Virus record (IMG/VR): IMGVR_UViG_3300021420_000008
Span: 1 to 50,916 of that record
Reading direction: 5' to 3' (one strand)
Source: a virus
Lineage: Duplodnaviria; Caudoviricetes
Length of the DNA stretch: 50,916 bases
Positions 1 to 8,831 of the stretch are shown here, piece after piece (the first letter of the stretch is position 1; each line of letters starts with the position of its first letter). The position numbers and the translations under genes were made by a program. The notes under the pieces were generated by a model that saw only the letters and a program-made list of their open reading frames with translations, was not told the DNA's origin and made no database searches.

Positions 1-127
1 TAGTCCTGGGCAACATCTCTCGCTTGGTGATCAATGGGCCTGCCATAGCAGTAGGCGATTCTCTATTGGTCTTCGGGGGCTTCACCGGCGCCGGTACCCT
101 GAAGCTCATCACCTTCAGCGATGCAGC
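1..127. repeat. 127-nt terminal direct repeat, copy 1 (circular assembly overlap)
   Basis: 1-127 is identical to 50790-50916; the length matches a common assembler k-mer and an ORF reads through the junction. Confidence 0.95.
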
Positions 128-764
128 TAACACAAACGGCGTTAACATCAAGCTGATCGGCAACGGAGCCTCCACCCCGAGCAAGACCTTCCGCGTACAG
201 GGTGGGAACTTTGAGTGGCTCAACGACGCCTATAACGCCGTGCTCGCACGCATAACTGATGCAGGTGCGCTGAACTTGCCAACAGGACCTGCCTCAGCCA
301 CCATAACCAATGCCCTGACTGGCGTAGCTGCCTTCAAGCCGAGTGACACAACGGCTACCAGCAACGCCCTAGCGGCTGATGCAACCCTCTCCCTCACCTT
401 CAATGAGATTGGAAAATACGCCTTTGAGCTGTGGCTTCCCTTCTACGAAGCAACAGTCGGTACTGGAGGGTTTCAATTCGACTTGAGCAGCGGCTCCGCA
501 ACTGTCGGGGCGATTGTCTACGGAGTAGACGGCTTCTCCACCGCCTCAATAATCAACGCTGGCGTCACCTCCGTTGCCACGGCAACTTCAGCCGCGACGA
601 TCTCTACCTCAGCCTCTGCTCCATCCTGGTTCTTCGCCAATGGCTGGTTCAGCATCACAGTCGCCGGCACCCTAGTACCTCGCTGGGCTCAGGCATCCAC
701 GCTGCTGGCAGATCCAACTACGTTGAAAGCGGGTGCCTATTTCACGGCAACCAAGATAGGATAA
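1..764 (+). CDS. C-terminal part of collagen-like tail fibre (starts at 49994, crosses the junction, about 519 aa total)
   Basis: The reading frame from GTG 49994 continues in frame with ORF 24..764; Thr/Ala/Gly-rich, beta-strand-like C-terminal receptor-binding-type domain. Confidence 0.8.
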   Translation, partial: VLGNISRLVINGPAIAVGDSLLVFGGFTGAGTLKLITFSDAANTNGVNIKLIGNGASTPSKTFRVQGGNFEWLNDAYNAVLARITDAGALNLPTGPASATITNALTGVAAFKPSDTTATSNALAADATLSLTFNEIGKYAFELWLPFYEATVGTGGFQFDLSSGSATVGAIVYGVDGFSTASIINAGVTSVATATSAATISTSASAPSWFFANGWFSITVAGTLVPRWAQASTLLADPTTLKAGAYFTATKIG

Positions 765-777
765 TAGGAGACTACGA

Positions 778-1152
778 ATGGCATCTAACAAGCTGTGGTC
801 CTGGGGTCCGGTGGCACTCACTAACACGCTCACCACGAACATTCTGAACTTCACGATTACGTCGCTCGCTGGTCCGGTCGGCACGACGCTCACCCAGCCC
901 TACTTCATCATGCGGCACATCCGGATCGTCAACAAGACGGCCGGCCCAGTGACGTTCTCGCTGTATCTCGGCCTCACCGGCGCCAACACTGCCGGCACCG
1001 AGGTCATCGGCACCGGATTGAGCGTTGCTGCCAACCAAGCCTACGACTGGTACGGAATGATGCGGATGGACGTGGCGCAGTTCCTGGTAGGCGGCGCCTC
1101 AGCTGCAACCTCCCTCACCATCCAGGGTGAAGGCGAAATCGGGTTCGTCTAA
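778..1152 (+). CDS. putative virion/tail-associated protein
   Basis: AGGAG RBS, beta-rich 124 aa, directly after the fibre gene. Confidence 0.55.
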   Translation: MASNKLWSWGPVALTNTLTTNILNFTITSLAGPVGTTLTQPYFIMRHIRIVNKTAGPVTFSLYLGLTGANTAGTEVIGTGLSVAANQAYDWYGMMRMDVAQFLVGGASAATSLTIQGEGEIGFV

Positions 1153-1153
1153 G

Positions 1154-1456
1154 ATGGTTACCCTAGCTGATTTGCCTGTCCATCACTACTTCGGCGGTGG
1201 CGTCTACGCGAAGGAGACTCTCATCCTTGGTGGACATAAACTGATCCAGCACAAGCACAAGTTCGAACACCTCTCCATCCTCGCCTATGGTGACGCAATC
1301 GTTAACGGAGAGAAGTTTCGTGGTCCTGCTGTGATTGTGATGGCAGCTGAAGTACCACACGAGGTGATTTCCGTGACAGACTGTGTCTGGTACTGCATCC
1401 ACGCGACGGAGGAGACGGATCCGGAGAAGATTAAAGAGGAGATGATTCTGCCGTGA
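1154..1456 (+). CDS. cupin-fold protein
   Basis: HxH motif (HKHKFEH) and distal PHEV; ATG 1154 directly follows the upstream stop. Confidence 0.7.
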   Translation: MVTLADLPVHHYFGGGVYAKETLILGGHKLIQHKHKFEHLSILAYGDAIVNGEKFRGPAVIVMAAEVPHEVISVTDCVWYCIHATEETDPEKIKEEMILP

Positions 1457-2046
1457 AGTACTTCCAGCAAGTCGCCTCCGGGATGAATGTGCTGCCTCTT
1501 GCGGTGCAGGTGCATAACCACCCGGAGCTTTGGAATCGCAATCCTGCCCGGCTCGTGCCCTTCGGTCCGCATCGGGAGACGGATGATATCTGGCTCCGCT
1601 ATAAGGATGAAGCCCCACACAAGGCGACGGGGGATTACTCCCACTTCGCTGACGAACACTACCCAATCTGGTATCCGGCCTACTTCGCCTTGCCCGCTTC
1701 CCGCCTCCTGATCTTCAGCGTGATGACCCGTTTCCAGGGCGAGAGCCTTGGCGGAGTACTGATCTACAGGATCCCTCCAGGGAAGCGGATCTACGCCCAC
1801 ATCGACAGCGGATGGCATGTTGACTATCACGAGAAGTTCAACATCTACCTCCAGGCGGATGAACGCACCGCGTTCCGCTATGGGAATGGTGAAGCCATCC
1901 GCGCGCAGACGGGAGACATCTACCACTTCACCAACAGCGTTATGCACGAGGTGGTGAATGAGGGGGATCTGGATCACCTGGTGATGACAGTTTGTATCCA
2001 CACGAGCCTGGAGGTAGCGAAATGCCATTCGCCTGGGCGGGACTAG
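1453..2046 (+). CDS. aspartyl/asparaginyl beta-hydroxylase / proline hydroxylase-like Fe(II)/2-oxoglutarate dioxygenase
   Basis: IPPGKRIYAHID (HxD) ... FTNSVMHEVVNEG (distal His), typical of the Asp_Arg_Hydrox family. Confidence 0.8.
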   Translation: MKYFQQVASGMNVLPLAVQVHNHPELWNRNPARLVPFGPHRETDDIWLRYKDEAPHKATGDYSHFADEHYPIWYPAYFALPASRLLIFSVMTRFQGESLGGVLIYRIPPGKRIYAHIDSGWHVDYHEKFNIYLQADERTAFRYGNGEAIRAQTGDIYHFTNSVMHEVVNEGDLDHLVMTVCIHTSLEVAKCHSPGRD

Positions 2047-2567
2047 CCTCCTCTGTGGTGGGCGCTGGCACGGCTATCTACGGCGCTTCGCAGTCGAGTT
2101 CGAATGCTGCACAATCAGCTGCTCTGGCCGATCCCTTTGCATCGCAAAGGCCTCAATATCAGGGCCAACTCTCTGCCTTGATGGCTGATCCCTCATCAAT
2201 CAGCAAAACTCCAGGTTATCAGTTCCAATTTGATCAAGGCATGCAAGCACTCGAACGTCAGCAAGCCGCCGGAGGCGCAGCGAATAGTGGCCAAGCGGAG
2301 ACGGCAGCGATCCAGTTCGGTCAGGGCCTGGCACAGACCTCCTTCGGCAACTGGGAATCGATGCTTGCCGATCTGTCAGGAGCGAATATTGGCAATCCGG
2401 GCCAGGCGGGTCAGCTCTCTGGCCAGTACCAGAACCAAGCCAACCAGGGCATCCAGTCCGCCATAGGCTCTCTCACCAGTGCCTTTGGCAAGGCCATTAA
2501 CGCGCCCTCGAGCTTGCCAGCCTACGATCAAACCCCCACGCTCCCCGCTTCAGCCTTCGGACCCTGA
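2022..2567 (+). CDS. DNA ejection protein (P22 gp7-like)
   Basis: GGAGG RBS; hydrophobic Gly/Ala N-terminus; TPGYQFQFDQG motif; Gln/Gly/Ala-rich. Confidence 0.7.
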   Translation: MPFAWAGLASSVVGAGTAIYGASQSSSNAAQSAALADPFASQRPQYQGQLSALMADPSSISKTPGYQFQFDQGMQALERQQAAGGAANSGQAETAAIQFGQGLAQTSFGNWESMLADLSGANIGNPGQAGQLSGQYQNQANQGIQSAIGSLTSAFGKAINAPSSLPAYDQTPTLPASAFGP

Positions 2568-2572
2568 TTGCG

Positions 2573-3796
2573 ATGCCCGGCTTCGACTTCAGCGCCGCGA
2601 TGCAGCGTTTCGGCCAAGGCTACATGGATAGCCTGGGGGGAGATCTGGGCAATACGCTGTCTGGCTATCGCGATATGCGAGGGCAGATTGTTGACACACA
2701 GCAGAAACAAGCCTCGACGGAAGACCTCTCAGCCCACGCTGAACACCAGCGAATGGTGAATGCGAGCGAGAAGCGGCAGGCACAGATCCTCCAGCAGCAG
2801 GCGCAGAAGCGACAGCAACTGGTGAGCGGGGCGCAGCAGCAAGTGCAGACGATGATTGAACAAGGAGCAGCCTTGATTGCGGGAGGTGAGCCGGCTGCGG
2901 GAGGAGCGCTTATTGAGAAGGCGGCGCTGATTGAGTCGCACCTGGCGACGGCCCGAAGGGAAGAAGACGTCAGGAAGCAACAAGAGTTCTCCCGCAATCA
3001 GGAGACGCGGGACTTCGAGGATCGCCTGTGGGTTGGGATCAAGAATCAGAGCGATATGGCCGCAGCTGCAGCTCAGTGGACAGAGCGCTTCCCGGGCCAA
3101 GCGAATCCCTTCAATGGCTTCTTCGATCCTGCGAAGAGAGACGAGCGAGTCCGGACAACTAGGGCAGGAGGGGATTTTCAGAAGAATGAGAGAGCACAGC
3201 AAGAACTGGAGGAGAGGATCAAGAACTATAAGAGGCTGAGGGAGGTCTCGCAGAAGCGGGAACAATACGATGATGAGATGCTGAAGATTCGGAAAGAGCA
3301 GGCAGCTAAATCTGCCAAGGATGGGGTGGTGAAGGGTGCTCCGCCAGAGTTGCAAGCGAAGGGCGAGGACTACGTGCGGGACAATTTCGACAACCTCCCT
3401 GCGAAGGAGGTTAGGCAGTTCGGTTGGGAAATTGCTGATCGTGCAATGGCCATTCAATCGGCGAATCGAGGGTTGAGTCAGGGAGAAGCTCTCAAAATTG
3501 CTGCGGGAGAAAAGCAACGAGAGCTGAAGCTCCTGAACGATCACTACACGGAGGAACACTCCTTGTTAGGAGGCATCAGTCGCTGGCTCAGCCCGCCGGC
3601 CCAACTCCCGGAGGAAGGCGAAGTCACTCCCGGCGCTAAGCCCATAATGGGCTCCGTTTGGGACGGACATCGCTATATTGGAGGTGATCCTTCGAAGAAG
3701 ACGAGCTGGGTCCCTGCGGAGAGCGATGAGGGCCCTGACGCCGTTGATGCAGAGACGGGCGAGGCGGTGAGTCCTGAGGACGTAAAGGATTGGTAA
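2573..3796 (+). CDS. DNA ejection / internal virion protein
   Basis: Gln/Ala-rich coiled-coil protein between the gp7-like gene and the giant ejection protein. Confidence 0.6.
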   Translation: MPGFDFSAAMQRFGQGYMDSLGGDLGNTLSGYRDMRGQIVDTQQKQASTEDLSAHAEHQRMVNASEKRQAQILQQQAQKRQQLVSGAQQQVQTMIEQGAALIAGGEPAAGGALIEKAALIESHLATARREEDVRKQQEFSRNQETRDFEDRLWVGIKNQSDMAAAAAQWTERFPGQANPFNGFFDPAKRDERVRTTRAGGDFQKNERAQQELEERIKNYKRLREVSQKREQYDDEMLKIRKEQAAKSAKDGVVKGAPPELQAKGEDYVRDNFDNLPAKEVRQFGWEIADRAMAIQSANRGLSQGEALKIAAGEKQRELKLLNDHYTEEHSLLGGISRWLSPPAQLPEEGEVTPGAKPIMGSVWDGHRYIGGDPSKKTSWVPAESDEGPDAVDAETGEAVSPEDVKDW

Positions 3797-3797
3797 A

Positions 3798-6700
3798 GTG
3801 AACCCGTGGGAAAGGCCCTGGGGTTCAGACCAAGCTGCTTCGGGCGCTGTTGCGGGGGCTGATGCACCTGCGGCTGATGCTCCCTCGACCAAGGTTCCTA
3901 CCTCCGTGGGCAAGCCTTGGGAGAGGAAATGGGGAGAGGCGGCGAAGCCGGAGGCGAAAGCTGAAGCAAAGCCTTCATCTCCTGACCTCGCCCTTGCCTC
4001 CGGCGGACTCAAGCCCGGGGAGGTGCCCGAAGCCTCCGCTGGTGAAGCTGCGAAACTCAACGTCTTCACTAATTTCCTCTCCAAGGAATCCGCCCGCCCT
4101 CGCTTCAATCCCGACACAGGAGAACCGGAGAAGCCGACCTTCCAGGACGCACTGGAGAGTGCTCGGCTGAAGAGCAACTTCTTCAGCTCCGTTGCTGAGG
4201 GCTTCTCCAAGCTAGGCCGCAAATATGCTCCGAAGATGCCTGAAGCGCTGGGTGGAGTGGATCTGGACACGATCGCTTCGCGAATCCGGACAGGCTTGGC
4301 GACTCCCGCAGAGACCTTTACCTACAACAACCTCCTCAAGGACCTCGTGGATGGGTATAAGATATCTGCTCAGGAAGACCACAGGGGGTTCGCCGAGGCC
4401 CTGGAAGGCACACTTTCTGCTGCTATTGATAACCCTGGTAATTTTGCTGGCCAGCTTGTTGCTGGTTTGATTCAGGATCCTGAGATGCTCGCCCTTGGGG
4501 GAATGGGCACGGGGAGCAAGCTGGCGGGGATGGTGAAGCAGTACAAGAAAGCGGCCGAAGCGGCCGGAGTCGGCGCGGAGGCGACAGCAGGCGGAGCGCT
4601 GATGAGTGCTGCAGGGCAGTACGCGGATCGAGGGGAGGTCAGGCTTCCTCAGCTCGCTTCTGAAGCTGTCCAGATCGGCCTCCCGATGGGGATGATACAT
4701 GCAGTGAAGGGGCTGAGAGCGAAGCCGGGAGAAGAGCCTGCGACCAAGCCTGCGACGGAAGAGGACTTCCCAGATTCGAAATCCTTTAAGGACTACCTTG
4801 AAACTCAGGTTGATGAGCACGTCGCGAAGGCCCAGCAACGGATTGAGCCCGGGCCGCTGAAGCCGGTGGAAGTAGCCACGCCCGAAAGGCCCTTCTCCGA
4901 TGCGAAGAAATGGGAAACTAGCCGCCTGGAGCGGATTCGTGACGCGGCTGAGCTGCGGATCGCGGAGTCGAAAGCGAAGTTCGAATCGTCGAAGGCCACT
5001 GATCGACGTAGGAGGATGAAGAGTCTGGGGACTGAAGAACAGGGCGAGCACGCGCAACGGCTGGAGGATCAGTTAAAGCAGATCAAGGACGAGCTGGCTG
5101 AGCGCAAGGGGGAGGGGCCTAGCGCTGGAGTTGTTGCAGGAGCTGCACTGGGAGCAACAGCAGCAGCGCTGGCGATGGCCAATCCGGATGTGAGGGATAA
5201 GGCCTCGACGGGGGCGATTGTTGCGGCTGTGTTCCTGGGGATGCCTGAGGGCAGCAGAGCCCTAAGCCCCGTCCTCAAGGCCGCCGAGCGCTCCGGCCGA
5301 GTTCTCGAACGCTTGAACGAACGCTCTCCGGGGAAGACAGAGTTCAAAAAGGTCGAGCTGCTCTCTGAGATCAATCGCCAGGACGTGCCAAAGGCGGAGA
5401 AAGAAGCGCTACAGAGGGTTATTGAGCAGTTCCCGGGAGAGTCGGTCAAATCCGCGGATCTCGTCCACCATTTCCAGCTTGAGACGCAGAACTTCGAGCT
5501 CAAGCCCGAGACTACCCAGCGCTACGCTCCTTTAGGTCTCGATAGAGTTGATCGCGGCAGCTATGGTGTCAAGGCCCAGACCGATGTGTGGAAGCTCCCC
5601 GAATCGTGGAACATCCCCGCGAAGGGCCACTTCGAAGCGATGGGGCCGAATCAGTATGGGCACACCAGAAGCTTCGTCGAGGGAGACGTCAGGCATGTGG
5701 TGGAAATGCAGAGTGACCTACAGCAGCACCTCGCGCCGATGAGCGAGGATCAGATAAAGGCGGAGAATACCAGCCTCAGTAACATCAACACAGGGATCGA
5801 AGTCTTTAATGACCTGAACGCCACTATTCAAGCCTCACCTACTGGCCTTCGATCCGCCCTCTCTCGCTGGCCAGCGATCTGGCGCGGACTAGGTTGGGAA
5901 CCACGCGGTGCCTTCTTCTCGTGGGTAAATGAAAGCACGCCGTCGTTGGAGAAGACAGCACTGCAGAGGCTCGATCCGGAGGGCAGAAAACAGGAAGTAT
6001 CTGGTGCTCATGAAGCGATCAGCGCGGTGTATGATAACAAGATGAAGGAACTGCAGTACAACGTCAAGGCTAAGGGTTATGAGCAGGTAAAGGGCTACAG
6101 AATCGTCCCGCGTAAGATCCAGGTAAAGACTGGAACAGGCCTTCGCTCAGAAGTAGTTAGTGATGCCTGGGACGTAGTAGTCGACTATCAGCCTCGTGAC
6201 TTCATGAATCGTGAGGATAGTGGACCTGCGCGTCAGGCGATTGAACACGTTGATTCAGGCAGCATTCTCTACAACCTCGTCAATCAAGGCTGGGTTCCAC
6301 ACGACTTCGGACTGACTCTTCGAGCCGCAGTCGAGACGCTGAATATGAAGCGAGATGAGACCTCCGCTCGACTGGGTAACGAGCCAGCGAAAGCGGAGCT
6401 CCGGGAGCGAATCCGGCCCATAGGAGAGAAGATCTGGCCGAGACGGCTGATCCAGGAAGAGATCGCCCGCGCCTCCCGTGAAGGGCGGGATAAGATCCGC
6501 TTCGGAGATGCTGAAGTTGTGGCCAGGATTGAAGGCTGGCAGCGGCGAACAGCGGAGTGGAAGAACGTCCGGAAGACTCTTCTAGCTGATCCTGACATAA
6601 GCGACACAGATCGTACGACGCTGGAAGCGGAAATGGCAAAGCTGACTGATAGCTTTGTCTCCCCGAAGCATCAATCCATCTATGATCGCTATCGGGATGA

Positions 6701-8831
6701 GATCACCAAGTATCTGAAGAGCCTCGGAGCCAAGGAGGTGACAGATCAATTCGGTCACACCTGGCACGAAGTTTCTGTCCGCTCCGGCGTACCGAAGCGA
6801 GTCTTCGGCGCCTCCGATCCTCGCTATCTGGCCAAGCTCGCTGCTCTCGGCGTAGGGGCTGCCGCAGGAGCCTACTTCAGCACTCAGGACAAGAAGCTGA
6901 TCGGCGCCATTGAGGGGACTCTCGGTGCTGCTGCCCTCGTGATGTTCGGTCCAGGTCTCGCTGCTGTAGTGAAGGACATGCGAACACCTGATACGCGAAT
7001 CAGGATCACGCACATAGGAGATGATCACGAAGAGCTGGTCCACCGCCTCGCTATCCACACGATGCAGGAGCAAACTAAAGTTGAGAACCTGGTGCCCCGC
7101 ATTGCGGATCGCGAGCACCTCACGGCCTGGCTGCGAGGGGACAGGAGCAAGCCCCTGAATGCCGAGCAGCAGAAGGCCCTCCCGATCATCCGCCAGTGGT
7201 TCCAGATCGCGGGAGGTCTCCAGGGCCGGACGGCTAAGGCTGCTGCTTCGCGATTCGCCCGCTCCTCGGCGAATATGAAAGACATCAGCGCGGTGATGGG
7301 CGCCTTCGGTCACGCGGTGGCGAGGTCGATTGCTGACACCCGAATGCTCGATGCGCTGGAGACTACCAAGGATCCAGCAGGCAATGGCCTGATCACGAGT
7401 CCCCAGAAAGCTCCCGCGGGCTACGTCCACCTGGAGCATCCGCTCCTCTCCGGCTACAGCGTACATCCAGACATCGCGACCAGCCTGCGGCTGATGCTGG
7501 ACACTCCGCACCCCGTCGCGGCGAAGCGAGTTGCCTGGGCCCTGATGCAGGGGACGAAGCGAGCCCTCGTCTCTTTTAGCCTCTTCCACGCAACAGCCCT
7601 GAGCTTCGCTTCCCAAGCTGCTTCCAGCAACCCCGTCAAATTCATCAAGCTCTATGCTCAGGCCGTTGCTCCGCGAGTCTTCGGGGAGAACCTCCTCATC
7701 AAGGCTGTGCGCGAACAAGGTCATGGTGCTCCGATTATCGACGATGCGATAAAGGGCGGCCTGACCTGGAGCCTCGGACGTGAAACAGGCGGTGTGGAGG
7801 ATGTGGGCAATTTCTACGCTGGAATGCACGACATCGCGAAGCTGGCGGAGAGCGTCCCCGTCCTCGGTCAGCCCCTGGCCATCGCCACTCGGAGCCTCAT
7901 TAAGCTGAACCAGAAATTCGACGGCTTCATGTGGGATCGCCTGCATGCAGGGATGAAGCTTGATCTGTTCGCGGAGAAGTTTCAGCAACTCCTAGAGAAC
8001 AACGCCAGAGCGATTGCGAAGGATCCAAAGATCAAGGCCTTGTCCAGACGTCAGGCGGCGACGATTGCGGCGCAGTATTCAAATGCGATATTCGGAGGAC
8101 TGAACTGGCGCAGGGCGGCAGAGAGTGTTCAGAGCCGGCTGCTTCGTGACGTGACTTCGAAGGGCTTCTCCCCCTGGTCCCGCCGAATCGCGCAGGTGGC
8201 CTTGTTCGCTCCCGATTGGCTGGTGTCGACTGCAACACCGTGGTTCGTCGCTGCCTTTGGCAAAGGTACTGGCATCAAGGGAGTCCTCAATGCCCAGACG
8301 CTCGCCGACTTGCATCGTCAGTACTTGATCCGCTCCGGCCTCTTCTACCTCGTCGTCGGCGACGCTATCAACCACGCGATGTCAGGCCATCACATTTGGG
8401 ACAACAAGAATCCCCTACAGATCGACCTCGACCCTCAGGGCGAACGCCACATGATCTTCAACAAGCACCTGTTGGAGGTCCCCCACATGCTCCAGGATCC
8501 GACGAAGCAGATCCTTGGGAAGCTGAGCTTTCCTGTGAAGGAATCTCTCAACCAACTCTTCGGGACTGAGTATCTGTCCATCAAGACCGATCCCCGAACA
8601 GGGCAAGTCAGTGCTGGTCCTGCGATGGAAGGCTCCCGGCTCGGCCACGCAGCAAGGGGGCTGGAGCCGATTGCTGTGCAGCAAGGCTTCGGCGGCGGAG
8701 CCGATGCGGGGATGGCAGGCTTTTTTGGCCTCCCCGTCTATGGCCGGACGCGGGAGCAGAAGCTGCAGGATGCGGCGGAGCGCAGGCGGAAGCGAGTGCG
8801 GCAGCACATCGATCAATTGCTGAGCAGATGA
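3798..8831 (+). CDS. large internal virion / ejection protein (1677 aa), possibly polyvalent
   Basis: Size and position; N-terminal PWERxWG repeats; Gly/Ala hydrophobic segments; central GHF..YGHTR..EMQSD globular block. Confidence 0.7.
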   Translation: MNPWERPWGSDQAASGAVAGADAPAADAPSTKVPTSVGKPWERKWGEAAKPEAKAEAKPSSPDLALASGGLKPGEVPEASAGEAAKLNVFTNFLSKESARPRFNPDTGEPEKPTFQDALESARLKSNFFSSVAEGFSKLGRKYAPKMPEALGGVDLDTIASRIRTGLATPAETFTYNNLLKDLVDGYKISAQEDHRGFAEALEGTLSAAIDNPGNFAGQLVAGLIQDPEMLALGGMGTGSKLAGMVKQYKKAAEAAGVGAEATAGGALMSAAGQYADRGEVRLPQLASEAVQIGLPMGMIHAVKGLRAKPGEEPATKPATEEDFPDSKSFKDYLETQVDEHVAKAQQRIEPGPLKPVEVATPERPFSDAKKWETSRLERIRDAAELRIAESKAKFESSKATDRRRRMKSLGTEEQGEHAQRLEDQLKQIKDELAERKGEGPSAGVVAGAALGATAAALAMANPDVRDKASTGAIVAAVFLGMPEGSRALSPVLKAAERSGRVLERLNERSPGKTEFKKVELLSEINRQDVPKAEKEALQRVIEQFPGESVKSADLVHHFQLETQNFELKPETTQRYAPLGLDRVDRGSYGVKAQTDVWKLPESWNIPAKGHFEAMGPNQYGHTRSFVEGDVRHVVEMQSDLQQHLAPMSEDQIKAENTSLSNINTGIEVFNDLNATIQASPTGLRSALSRWPAIWRGLGWEPRGAFFSWVNESTPSLEKTALQRLDPEGRKQEVSGAHEAISAVYDNKMKELQYNVKAKGYEQVKGYRIVPRKIQVKTGTGLRSEVVSDAWDVVVDYQPRDFMNREDSGPARQAIEHVDSGSILYNLVNQGWVPHDFGLTLRAAVETLNMKRDETSARLGNEPAKAELRERIRPIGEKIWPRRLIQEEIARASREGRDKIRFGDAEVVARIEGWQRRTAEWKNVRKTLLADPDISDTDRTTLEAEMAKLTDSFVSPKHQSIYDRYRDEITKYLKSLGAKEVTDQFGHTWHEVSVRSGVPKRVFGASDPRYLAKLAALGVGAAAGAYFSTQDKKLIGAIEGTLGAAALVMFGPGLAAVVKDMRTPDTRIRITHIGDDHEELVHRLAIHTMQEQTKVENLVPRIADREHLTAWLRGDRSKPLNAEQQKALPIIRQWFQIAGGLQGRTAKAAASRFARSSANMKDISAVMGAFGHAVARSIADTRMLDALETTKDPAGNGLITSPQKAPAGYVHLEHPLLSGYSVHPDIATSLRLMLDTPHPVAAKRVAWALMQGTKRALVSFSLFHATALSFASQAASSNPVKFIKLYAQAVAPRVFGENLLIKAVREQGHGAPIIDDAIKGGLTWSLGRETGGVEDVGNFYAGMHDIAKLAESVPVLGQPLAIATRSLIKLNQKFDGFMWDRLHAGMKLDLFAEKFQQLLENNARAIAKDPKIKALSRRQAATIAAQYSNAIFGGLNWRRAAESVQSRLLRDVTSKGFSPWSRRIAQVALFAPDWLVSTATPWFVAAFGKGTGIKGVLNAQTLADLHRQYLIRSGLFYLVVGDAINHAMSGHHIWDNKNPLQIDLDPQGERHMIFNKHLLEVPHMLQDPTKQILGKLSFPVKESLNQLFGTEYLSIKTDPRTGQVSAGPAMEGSRLGHAARGLEPIAVQQGFGGGADAGMAGFFGLPVYGRTREQKLQDAAERRRKRVRQHIDQLLSR

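Noticed and set aside
3566-8816. Long antisense ORFs (e.g. 6582..7988, 4212..5057) and similar ones opposite portal and capsid
   Set aside because: Shadow ORFs expected from GC-rich codon bias; no motifs or RBS
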